The position numbers were made by a program, and so were the translations under genes. DNA of 45,775 nucleotides from Guillardia theta CCMP2712 (taxonomy: Eukaryota; Protista; Cryptophyta). Under the pieces are notes generated by a model, which made no database searches, was not told the DNA's origin, and saw nothing but the letters and a program-made list of their open reading frames with translations. The stretch spans positions 1 to 45,775 of the forward strand of contig NW_005434552.1 of the NCBI RefSeq assembly GCF_000315625.1, given 5' to 3'. Shown one piece after another: positions 23,701 to 33,569 of this stretch (the stretch's first letter is position 1; each line of letters opens with the position of its first letter).

Positions 23701-26700
23701 CAGCCAGGCCCTCTGCACTGGCCGGGCGACCTGTCCTACAACCAGAACGCTATCCGGAACTATGCTGGGGAGGTGACGGAGGTCGAATACTTGTTTCGAC
23801 CTGGCTTCATCAATGCAATCTACGGCTCGTTCAGCAACTTCCCTGTGACTACGCTCATCTCTCTTAGAGATCAGTCAGCCCGCAGACTTTTGCAGGCCTC
23901 CAGCTCAGCTCTGCTGGGGGTTGTGTCAGCAGGAGGGTTCAAGGTCGGAGATTACATCCGACTGGCTGACGAGGTCATGCTAGTCAACGCGGTCAGCCAG
24001 CAGCAGAACACGCTGTCGGTCACCCGAGGAGCATTGAACACCAGCGTTGCTTCCTCCTTCGCTCTAGGAACCGTAGTCCGCACTTTCAACCCCGGCTCGG
24101 TGCTGCTGCAAGACGTCGCAAGCGACGCGACGACCATTCAAGTATCGGAATCATCAGGGCTCAACTCGGACAGATACATCCAGGTAGAGCATGAGATCAT
24201 GTACATCACCAGCGTCGACGCCTCGTCCATGACCGTCCTGCGGGCTCAGGAAGGGACGCGTGCGAGCAGCCATGCCGCCTTCAAGCCAGTGGGCTACATC
24301 CGTCCTTCCCAGCAGTATCCTATCGTGCTGCTGGAGGCCGTCAGCGCCAGTCAGACGACTTTGTCCGTGTCTGACGGGAGTTTCTTCTATCCGGGCGCCT
24401 CCATCCAGGTGCTGAGCGAGACCATGGCGGTCACAGCTGTCTCAGGCGACACCCTGACTGTCCAGCGAGGTCAAGAGTCGACCTCACCTGCCGCGTATCC
24501 CAAGCAGGTGCTGGTGACGCTTGTGCAAGGCTCGGCAAGCGTTGTATCGGTTACCAGCAGCACGATACCTTCTATCAAAAGATCCTCCATGAATCTCCTG
24601 AGTTTAACTCAATCCACTGACGCCATTCTTAATGTGATGGACCCGGTGAAGAACACGTCATCGTCCGGCTTTCAACCTGGCGATTATGTGGGAATTTATA
24701 ATGACTTCTATATCTTGAAGGAAGTGATGTTAGTGTTGAGTACTGAGACAGCTAGAGTATCAGATTATCTTTATCAGAATCTGACTGTTGCAAGAGCACA
24801 GTTTCAGACGACGGCCAGCTTGTTTTCCCCAGGACTCCCACTAACTCTCGTCTCAAGTCCGCGCATTGTGGAACAGATGCTAAGCAAGACGGATACAATC
24901 CCTGTCTTCTCCACATCCACAGATCTGCAAGCTGGAGACCTCCTGCGAGTCAGCTCAGCTTCAAATGAATGGCAGATTGAAGTGATGGAGTATCAGTCTG
25001 ATGGGAGTGTACTTCGAGGATTGATCCCTGATTACTTTGGCAGGTCGCAGGCATCATCCATATCAGCAGGAGCTCTTGTCCAGACCATTGCACAGCCTGC
25101 TTACTTGAGTCCTCCTTACTGCACTTCTAAGAGTGGTTCAGATTTGAACATGACGAGTGTCTCTAGCTTCGCTGTCGGCGACATAGTGTCGGATGGCATT
25201 GCGGTTTACAACGTGACAGCTATCAATGTTGGGTCAAGTCAGATGACCGTTGAAAGCCTTTATGTCTCAGGTGCTACTCCATTATGCTCGACCAAATTTG
25301 GTGATCCTCCTTCATACGTAGTCAAGACAGAGGGCCTGAGGGTCTTGAGTTCTGCTGTGAAAGTCGATCAAGGAAACTTTTTACAAGAATATCCGTTCTT
25401 GTTTTCAATCAACTTGCAGACCGTGGTCTCTGATTTCTATGCACCTGGAGACTTTGTTTGGATTGCTGACAAGAGCACGTCTCGTTCTGGCATTTTTGTA
25501 GTTGAGGATGTTGGAAACTACTCCCTGAATGTCTCAGTTTTCTCATTGGATAAACAAGATGAACCTCAAATTAATTTTGGGATAGGCACAGCAGTTCTCT
25601 ACAAGTACGAACGCTTCGATGTGATCAACGGTACTGCTCTCTCCCCAGGAGACATCGTGCTCTTCTCGTGGTTATTTCAGGGCGGAACAGGTCAAATCAT
25701 TTCTGCCACTGAAAATGAAATTCGATTGAAAATCACTGGCGCAAGATATTATTTTCTCAAAACTCCTTCTAGATCATCTTTGTACTGGCGTATCAATGAT
25801 TTGTGTAAGACCTTCCAGCTCCTCCCGGTGTCAAAGACGAGCTACGCCAGGTCAAAGCTTGCTCTCGCTATCAACTCCGAGGTCAACACTATGACTCTCT
25901 TTGACGCGTCCGGGTTTAGAGTGGGGGACAGCTTCACCGTCGACCAAGAGGTCATGACCATAGACAACCTCAACGGCAACCTCATCCAGGTCAAGCGCGC
26001 TCAGCGAGGCACCTCCGCTGCTTCTCATGCGCTGGACGCGCTTGTAGAATGGACGGCGCCGCTATCCGCTGCCTCTCCTCAAGTCTCGTCCGTGACCCCT
26101 TTGCTCCGACGTGACCAGCACTTGCGATACATCTCTCAGGTCGGCCCCATCACCCTTCCCAGCTCAATCCAGCAGCTCTCGAGCTATCAGAATGTATGGG
26201 CAGAGCTCGACGAGGAGATCATCTTGATCCGACAGCCCGCCTCAGGCATCGTCAAGGCGTCTGATCGGGGGCTGAGAGGAACAGCAGCGGCGGCGCACGT
26301 GAGCAACACGACCTACAACGTCCCCAACGCGTTCTTCTCCTGGCTCTTCTCCTTCAAGTCAAGCCTGCCAGGTGCATCAGGCTTCTCAGCTCTGCCCGTA
26401 TACGACATGAACGCTGCTGGAGTCATCGCCTTGTCAGGGGTTCACGTGCTGTCGGGAGGTAGCAGGGTGACGAGCGAGCCGACTCTAGAACTCACTCTCA
26501 ACCGCTTCATTGAGAACGAGGCCCGAGGACAGTCAGTCGCAGGCCCTTCGTACTCATACCGCACCTTGATCCAGCAGACCTTCCTGCAGGTTGACCTGTC
26601 CGACAAGTTCACTGGGAGGCTCATAAGGCCGAGCCTCAACTACCCAGTTGCCTACCAACCTTGGAGGTTCCCAGCTGATCCTCTTTACTTCCAGGACAGG

Positions 26701-27369
26701 ATGGACGGCTTTGATCCTGCCTCCGACAGCTCCATCCTGTCTCCTTCCCACAACAGCTCCAACGCCATCAACGGGAGCTCAGCTGACCCCTTCGAGCCAG
26801 GCTCACCTGTCTTCGTGCTGGACTCCTTCGGTCACATGCTGGGGGATCAGGCGGTCCATCAGCAGAGCATCGTGGTATCGGATGGCGCTACTTACACCTA
26901 CTCCATCAGCAGCAGGCCGTCCGTCCTCGACTCGGTCTGGAGCAGCCCACCCTTGCTGATAGTCTCAACCTCCTCGCCTACATCCGTAGACCTGTTCCTC
27001 AATGACACGGTCGCTGGCGGGTACTCCAACGGACAGCACACTGCTTTGCTGTCCTCTAGCACGAGAATGTTTGTCTGGAAGACGGATCCTCGCAAGCTCG
27101 CGGTGCTTGCAGGACCAGCAAGCGCAGCAGCCTCTTCGGCGAGCTTCACATCCTCAACACCAGCACCTGGCGTCAACGTCGGCGCCATCGTCGGCGGCGT
27201 GATCGGTGGCATCGTCGGAGCTGCTGGGCTCGGCATGCTGGCTTACAAGCTTTTCGCTCATAAGAAAGTCGCCAAGTCAGCGGATGTAGAGATGGCGCCG
27301 GTGTACGAATCTCAGGCGATCGCCTATCTCGTGCAGTACACTACACCACCTATAGAGAGCAGAACTTGA
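14619..27369 (+). CDS. Giant (~4,100 aa) type-I membrane/cell-surface protein; short first exon, intron ending 14869, gap at 16803-16902
   Basis: ATG at 14619 plus a phase-0 intron gives signal peptide MAVGQQ(..)VVVLILLLMSTASLA. The same repeat type (ICVTLR/ITISGL) occurs on both sides of the gap, and the 3446-aa ORF is open back to the gap. C-terminal TM VGAIVGGVIGGIVGAAGLGMLAY-KLFAHKK with a short tail. Confidence 0.82.
14660..14842 (+). repeat. (GAT)n microsatellite, probably intronic
   Basis: Imperfect GAT array between the putative donor (CAG|GTTGTT or AAG|GTTATG) and acceptor CGACAG|GTG at 14869. Confidence 0.85.
16803..16902. other. Assembly gap (100 N)
   Basis: Run of N within the giant gene. 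Confidence 0.99.
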
Positions 27370-28098
27370 CTGGCGGGAGTCAAGAAGAGGTGATATGTTG
27401 TCATGATCCGGCAAGCTGTAGCTCCTGTAGTTTGCCTCTTTGACCTCGCCATGAGCGAGGAAGCTTTGAGTTGTTGAAATGAATTTATGATGTGTGAACA
27501 CACGATGAGAAGCAAGAAGGAGTGAAAAGGGAGGAAAAGGGAGGAGAGGAGAGGTGTTGTACACCGGACCAAAGACTCATACCGCACACCGTGCCCGGCA
27601 CGTTTAGGGAAATAGGTTTCATGTCGTAGACGACAGATGTAGTCTGTCGTGCCCGTTGTGTTCTAGTAACCGCAGCAGTGATTGCTGTGGTGCTCTCTCT
27701 TCTTCCCAAGGTTGTGTGTTCATCATGAGGAGAAGGACACGGCAGGGCAGGCAGGACAGGGTGAGGGAAGAGACGGAGGGGAGGAAGAGGATGCAAAGGT
27801 CAGAGGCGAATACAGCAGCGCAGGGTCAGGAAAAGAGACAAGCAAAAAAGGATGTAACACAGGTGTGTGAGAAAGGATAGGAGAAAACAGTTCCAGGCAA
27901 TGCAGTGGATATACTATCCTGCTCATCAGTTGGAACGTCTAATGTTGACCCTTCAGCTCACCCAGCCTGACTGAGAAAGCTTCAGCCCCCTGCTCGACGC
28001 TCGTCTCACCGCCAGCTCTTGCCCCTAGCAGCACGAACACGCTCTTCCCCTTCCCCGCCATCCCCGCCTCCCCGCCAGCTGCACCACGACCCTCCCCA

Positions 28099-28535
28099 TC
28101 ACTCGGCATCGCGTCGCTCGAGCACGGACCTGAGCCGTCGGCGCGCCTCCGCCATGCCCGCCGTCATGCTGCGCAAGGCCTTGCATCCGTCACGCTGTAT
28201 CCACCAGTCGTCCGGGTGTCTGGACATGGCGCTGACGACGGCCTCGATCGCTCCCGCCTCCCGCGCCCGCGCCTGGCTGTCAGCCATGCCCGCCGTCATG
28301 CTTTGAAGTGCTTGGCATGCTGACCATTGCAAGTATCTCTCGTCCGCGTGCGTGGACATGGCGCTGACGACGGCCTCGATCGCTCCCGCCTCCCGCGCCC
28401 GCGCCTGGCTCTCTTTGATGCGACTGACGGTATGTCTCAAGGCCCAGCACGCAGCCTGCTGTACGCCAGCGTCGTCCGCGTGCCTGGACATCGCCCTCAC
28501 TACCGCCTCGATCGCTCCCGCCTCGCGCGCCCGCG
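28099..28535 (-). pseudogene. 3' part (last ~3 ARM repeats and stop) of the interrupted U-box/kinase/ARM gene
   Basis: RAREAGAIEAVVxAMSxHADD 42-aa repeats nearly identical to those at 41348-42200, same strand. Confidence 0.88.
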
Positions 28536-29072
28536 GTTGAAGTAGGCCAGCGCCTCCACCTCCGTCTGCACCTCCTCGGTGAAGTGGATGTTGTGGAGGA
28601 ACGTCAGCCAGCAGCTGGTGTCCCCGAGGCTGTTCTGGTTGCACTCGACGATGTTCTCCTTGGCCCACCCCCAGTCCACGAAGGGGACGTCGATGCGCTT
28701 GGCCTTGAAGATCCGCTCGAACACCTCCCCGTGGCTGATCCCCTTCATGTTGCATATGATGAAGGCCGTGATCGAGGCGATGTGCTCGTAATCCACCCCG
28801 ATGTCCTTGCAGGTCTTGATGTACTGCCCCGTCACCCTGTTGCTGATGAACTTCCCGACCGCCTCCTGCGTGGGCTCGGTGGAGACGGGTATGTGCGCCC
28901 GCCTCGGGATGGACCCGCCTATCCCAACCTTGAGGAGCGCGTTGGGCTGCGGTTTCTTGCTGTTCCTGTCGATGAAGGAGAAGGAGCTGTGCTGTGACCC
29001 CACGACCTTCAGGTGCCTCATGTCCTTGAGCGCGTTGGTGTTGATGTTGTCTATGCCGCTGACGGTCGTCAT
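28536..29072 (-). CDS. Viral hypothetical protein, 3'-truncated at the left junction
   Basis: MTTVSGIDN...ALAYFNR, then runs out of frame into host ARM DNA; strong GC3 bias; TATATTTAC ~30 bp upstream. Confidence 0.7.
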
Positions 29073-29165
29073 TCTTGCTGTGTACGAGTTGGACACATTG
29101 TAAATATACAAGATTTCAATCGTAGCATATTTACGGTAATGTACATTGAGTAACGCGATTGGGCT

Positions 29166-29390
29166 ATGATATTTGCATTACTGGCTATAATATGCTGGTC
29201 AATTAGCATATTGCTATTGCTACATCATAAATGGAAGCATTCAAGGGAGGGTAAGGATTATATCCCTGACAATAATCTACAATGGTTTCAACCCGACGAT
29301 GTCTGCAACTCGCACTGTGCGCACGAGAAATGGATCGTGCTATTCGGTGTCATCGGTTTGGTCTTTCTTGTTCTGTCGCAGGTTGAATGA
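29166..29390 (+). CDS. Small two-TM viral membrane protein (74 aa)
   Basis: Two hydrophobic segments flanking WFQPDDVCN..HEKWI; TATTTAC upstream. Confidence 0.6.
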   Translation: MIFALLAIICWSISILLLLHHKWKHSREGKDYIPDNNLQWFQPDDVCNSHCAHEKWIVLFGVIGLVFLVLSQVE

Positions 29391-30099
29391 ATCTTACGGG
29401 TTCCTTCCTCTGCGTATCGATGTGCAGGACCCGGCAGAGGGTCCAAGGGTCGTGTCCCAGGTTGACGATGCACTCCACCTCGTGGGGGACGTTCTTGGTG
29501 AACCACTCGAAGTTCTTTGTCGCGCTCGCCTCGTGCCCTATCCATTGCAACGACACAAGCCCCTTGACATCCTTGAACATGCCCAGCAGTATCTGGTAGC
29601 GCTCCAGCGGGTCACTCGCCGCGACGCTCTCGCCCTTGTACATCGCGATGTCGTAGATCAACACCCTCGGCTCCATCCCTCTCTCCGTCCTGTCCTCTAC
29701 AAAGTGCGAGAGGATCATCGTGCACTCTGGCATGCGGTGACCCAGCATCGCGCACTCGGATGCGAAGAGTATGCGGCCCTTTATCCCCACATAGGTCCTC
29801 TTGCTGTCGTCGACGTAGAGCAGCACGGGGACCCTCTGCCTCGGCAGCCAGGTCGCCATCCTCACCTTCCCGCACTCGTCCGTGCACTCCCTCAGGTTCC
29901 GGCACCTCGGGTTGGTGCAGATGGGGTGTGTGCCCCGGTGGAACGCGTGGAGCTCCACCGCCGACTCCCTCGTCATCTCCGTCGGTATACCGAATACGTC
30001 GAAGGACTCGCATACGCAGAGGTGCACCACCGCCTTGGCCACCAGGGGGTCGCACTCCCATGAGGTCATGGGGGGCCAAGGCAGGGGTTGCCAAACCAT
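29350..30099 (-). CDS. Viral protein with a degenerate capping-enzyme/ATP-ligase-like nucleotidyltransferase segment
   Basis: VLIYDIAMYKGESV...PLERYQIL resembles motif IIIa and the following helix of guanylyltransferases/ligases; no KxDG; start uncertain. Confidence 0.5.
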   Translation of the reverse strand: MVWQPLPWPPMTSWECDPLVAKAVVHLCVCESFDVFGIPTEMTRESAVELHAFHRGTHPICTNPRCRNLRECTDECGKVRMATWLPRQRVPVLLYVDDSKRTYVGIKGRILFASECAMLGHRMPECTMILSHFVEDRTERGMEPRVLIYDIAMYKGESVAASDPLERYQILLGMFKDVKGLVSLQWIGHEASATKNFEWFTKNVPHEVECIVNLGHDPWTLCRVLHIDTQRKEPVRFIQPATEQERPNR

Positions 30100-30189
30100 A
30101 CCAAAAACACCCCGATCTACCCACTTCAACCCTTTTTATTTTGCATGGTGTTGTATTTAAACCGATTCTTTTGACTTCGAGGTGAGATC

Positions 30190-31431
30190 ATGAATACTTC
30201 CACATTCCTCCGTCTCTTGCCATACCTCCTACAATGGGGTTCGGTCTTCTTCCAGTACCGATATATGGAACACTTACTCACCGATGTCGCTGACGTCGCC
30301 GTCAGTGTCCACCTGTTTGTCTGCAACATGTGCACGGGCAACTACCTTGTATACGCCAACTTTGATAACCTCATGCTGGGTGTCTTGAGCATCTTCCTCT
30401 GGAGATGCACGATCCTCACCTTCCATTGGATGATCATCCCCAAAGAACCCACCAACGAGCTCTATGTGCCGCTGATGCTGCCCCTAGAGGCCATTTCCCT
30501 CTTCCGGATCATGATCATCCGCAAATATCTGCTGACAGCCAGCGTGAGCATCGAACTTATACCCCTGTTGATCCTCATGGGCCTGGAGCTTGTCTCCACT
30601 TACTTCACGACCAACGGCATCTGCCAGTGCCATTGGGAAAAATTGAACCTAAGCCTGGTAGTGGTGCCTACATTCTTCATGAAATTCTTCAACATGATGT
30701 ACTACCTGAACATCATTGGCATCTTCCATGTGATGTACGCGCTTCTATCGTTCATGAGCACTATGTATCTACTTATGGAGGCTGACACGTTGAATCTATA
30801 CAAACACACGGCCAGAATGGCCCAGTTGAAAAGAGATATAGTACTGCACGTCGAGACCGACCGCGGCATGGCGAGGAAAATCCTGGACGAGATAGACTCC
30901 GTGTCTATGTCCCTTGCAAAGAGCGATACCACCATCCGCGTGTTCATGGTCTTGTACATCTTATCGAGCTTGTTTTCGGTGCTCCCGAAATTTCACTTCT
31001 CGTACACCGACGTCGACAATTCAACCTGCATGCCGATATACGTAAAGGACAGCAAAGTCAACACAAAGATTCTCCACAAGAGGCTGCGTAATGCGTTCAG
31101 ACCCCTCTTCAAGCTTGCCATCGCATTCAATGCGATCGGATACGCCATCTGTGCCGTCATTATCGCGGTCTTCTATGTGGTCACCCAAAACTATGTTATC
31201 ACCATCTCATCTATCTGGGTATTATGGGTGCTCTCGTCGCTGCAAACAATGCACATTGGTGGTTTCTACCACTTTGTCAACCAGCTCAACAAGAGGAACC
31301 CTGACAAGAATAGGTACTTCGATATGATAACCGCCAATTCGATGAATAACGGCTGCTTCATCATCTATTGCCTGGCAATGTTGGTGATGTTCCCGACTTC
31401 ATACCGTACCATTGCCTATCTTTGTTGGTAG
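30190..31431 (+). CDS. Viral multi-pass membrane protein (413 aa)
   Basis: Long ORF with many hydrophobic segments; TATTTAA at 30154-30160. Confidence 0.75.
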   Translation: MNTSTFLRLLPYLLQWGSVFFQYRYMEHLLTDVADVAVSVHLFVCNMCTGNYLVYANFDNLMLGVLSIFLWRCTILTFHWMIIPKEPTNELYVPLMLPLEAISLFRIMIIRKYLLTASVSIELIPLLILMGLELVSTYFTTNGICQCHWEKLNLSLVVVPTFFMKFFNMMYYLNIIGIFHVMYALLSFMSTMYLLMEADTLNLYKHTARMAQLKRDIVLHVETDRGMARKILDEIDSVSMSLAKSDTTIRVFMVLYILSSLFSVLPKFHFSYTDVDNSTCMPIYVKDSKVNTKILHKRLRNAFRPLFKLAIAFNAIGYAICAVIIAVFYVVTQNYVITISSIWVLWVLSSLQTMHIGGFYHFVNQLNKRNPDKNRYFDMITANSMNNGCFIIYCLAMLVMFPTSYRTIAYLCW

Positions 31432-31544
31432 TCGATCCTAGAAATAAACGACACGTCCAACTGTGTGCATTGAGGCGCATGCGTGTATATATTCCCCTTC
31501 TCACCCTCCCTGACTTAGATACCCCCCGGCAGCCCGCCCCTACC

Positions 31545-31925
31545 ATGGCCGCGGTGCATGCGACGATGCCCTCAGACAACATCTTCTCGGGCATCAAGCC
31601 CGACGACAGGGTGGTGATCGAGAACGTGATCGCCGTGATGAAGACGCTGAGTCGCGACCTCTCCTTCTCGGATTTCGAGATCCGCAGCACCCAGAATGGC
31701 TTCGTGCTGATCGCCAAGACCTGCTCCCACGTGATGGTGGGGATGGCCGACCTGCAGGTGATCAAGGACTGCAACCCCGTGAGGATACAGAACGTAGCGG
31801 TGGCGTGGGGGGAGAACAACCGCCTTGCCGTGCATGTCAAGATCCTCAACAGCACGGCACCCGTGACCGTCACGGAGACCGACATCATACGCGTGAAGAG
31901 GAAGAGGCTGTGGGGGTTCCTATAA
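31545..31925 (+). CDS. Viral hypothetical protein with basic C-terminus (RVKRKR, NLS-like)
   Basis: ACCATGG start, GC3 bias, TATATATT upstream. Confidence 0.7.
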   Translation: MAAVHATMPSDNIFSGIKPDDRVVIENVIAVMKTLSRDLSFSDFEIRSTQNGFVLIAKTCSHVMVGMADLQVIKDCNPVRIQNVAVAWGENNRLAVHVKILNSTAPVTVTETDIIRVKRKRLWGFL

Positions 31926-31960
31926 ATGCCCTCCTTGTGCGCCAATCAGGAGGAGGGGAG

Positions 31961-32305
31961 ATGACCGAGGGCCATACGAGGGCTGGCAAGGAGGGCTACT
32001 TGCAGAAGATGGTATCGGAGCACATGTCTCTCCTGCAGGATCACATCGATTCATTGAAGGACCTAGGGGTAGATATCGAGGATGAGGCACAGCTGGAGCG
32101 GATACGCAGCTGCAGCAGCATGGCGGGGCTGCCCCCCCTCTACTCGCAGGTGATTCACCACATGGGGCATCCCTGCTACGACATACGGGTGACCGCCAAT
32201 GACTTCTGCGACGATGTCGACGTCGTCATCCGCTGCAACGCCGAGCTGCAGAGGATGCGGCTGCAGGCTCTACCCGATTTGGCGCCTCCCGCCTCTGGAT
32301 CTTGA
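31961..32305 (+). CDS. Viral hypothetical protein (114 aa)
   Basis: ATG ~35 bp downstream of TATAAAT at 31921. Confidence 0.6.
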   Translation: MTEGHTRAGKEGYLQKMVSEHMSLLQDHIDSLKDLGVDIEDEAQLERIRSCSSMAGLPPLYSQVIHHMGHPCYDIRVTANDFCDDVDVVIRCNAELQRMRLQALPDLAPPASGS

Positions 32306-32498
32306 GGAAGATCCGGTCCAGCAGCCGGGGCCTCGTGTTGAGGAAGGGGCAGGGGCACACCTCGCAGGGGCGTGTCGCCTTGGGGATGGGGCAGAAGATG
32401 CATTTCTTGGCCACAGGCATGATCCTTACCTTGAAGTAGCGCTGCATCCTGCCTGGCCTCTCCCTCGTTACTCTATGAGTTCCGATGGCAGTAAACAC
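32226..32498 (-). CDS. Small Cys-rich viral protein (CxxC...CxxC)
   Basis: CIFC...CEVCPC; fills the space between neighbours but overlaps the convergent ORF; start uncertain. Confidence 0.4.
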   Translation of the reverse strand: MFTAIGTHRVTRERPGRMQRYFKVRIMPVAKKCIFCPIPKATRPCEVCPCPFLNTRPRLLDRIFLKIQRREAPNRVEPAAASSAARRCSG

Positions 32499-32510
32499 TC
32501 TTTTTTCTCC

Positions 32511-33569
32511 TCACACCCTGTTGTCTGTCATCATGAATCCCATCTTGTCGAGATCCGTCACTGTCAGGCTCCTGATACACATCTTGATCAGGTTCTCCAC
32601 CTCGGTGATGCTCTTGCACTTCACGTTGAAGTAGGTCTTGAGGTGGGTCTCGATGGGCAGGAGCAGCTGTAGCTGTGGCATCTTGGGGAGCAGGATCACG
32701 TTGTGCATGAAGATCCCCATGCGCATGAGGTAGAGCGTGCCTATGATGAGCGTATTCTTCTTGATGGAGTTCATCGCCTGCCTGAACTTCTGGCTCAGCA
32801 TGTTCAGGAAGCGGCCGATGTAGTGAGTGCAGCGATCGGTCACGAACCTCCGGAGATCTTCCTGGAAGGTGATCGAGCAGACCCTGATCTTGTTGGTGGC
32901 GTGCAGGATCCGGGTGACGACGAGGCAGAGGTTGGGGATCTCGTTCCTGAGCTTGATCTCCCTCAGCGTCTTCCACATGAGGTGCTTGTGCTTCTGCTCC
33001 ATCCTCGACCTCTCCTGCAAGAAGCTGTTCCTCGCAACCTCAGACTGGAGTATCCAGTGGAGCCTGGACCTCACCTCGCTGCTCTCCACGTACACCTTGC
33101 ACTCGTCCCCGTGCCCGTGGAGATCCTCGATCACGATGTTGTCCATGAATTCATCCTTATTGAACCTCTTGGTGTGAACGCAGTTCCCCGTGATGGTACA
33201 GACCTGGCTGTCCTCCTCCTCGGACACGGGGCACACTCCCACCTCACACCGGTGGATCACCCCGCACTCCACACACCCCGCAAGGTCCATGTCGATGCAC
33301 TCCCATCGGCACCTGTGCCCCAGCAGCCCCTTGGGCAGCAGGAAGGGGGCGCTGATCCGGAGCCACAGCTGCGCCCTCTCGTCCTCGCATATCTTGCACC
33401 TCTTGCAGTTGGCACACCAGCTCACCCACTTCTGCACGCAGCGCCGGCATATCTTGCAGTCGTCGCATGCCCGCATCGAGGCCCTCGGGTGAAAGGAGGC
33501 CCCAGCCGTTGACCCAGTCTTGGACATTCTTTTTTTAATGGATTCAAATACCCTACCTCCTGTTACCAC
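32511..33569 (-). CDS. Cys-rich Zn-binding protein with herpesvirus UL92/ORF31-like motif (putative viral transcription factor)
   Basis: CVECGVIHRCEVGVCPVSEEEDSQVCTITGNCV matches the CxxCxxxHxC-x(n)-C-x(n)-VCxxTG signature of the UL92 family; real start possibly at MSKTG (~33527). Confidence 0.65.
   Translation of the reverse strand: MVTGGRVFESIKKRMSKTGSTAGASFHPRASMRACDDCKICRRCVQKWVSWCANCKRCKICEDERAQLWLRISAPFLLPKGLLGHRCRWECIDMDLAGCVECGVIHRCEVGVCPVSEEEDSQVCTITGNCVHTKRFNKDEFMDNIVIEDLHGHGDECKVYVESSEVRSRLHWILQSEVARNSFLQERSRMEQKHKHLMWKTLREIKLRNEIPNLCLVVTRILHATNKIRVCSITFQEDLRRFVTDRCTHYIGRFLNMLSQKFRQAMNSIKKNTLIIGTLYLMRMGIFMHNVILLPKMPQLQLLLPIETHLKTYFNVKCKSITEVENLIKMCIRSLTVTDLDKMGFMMTDNRV

Noticed and set aside
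28099-28755. 218-aa ORF as a real virus-ARM fusion gene
   Set aside because: Its first ~73 codons are an alternative frame of the viral ORF, and it has no credible start codon.
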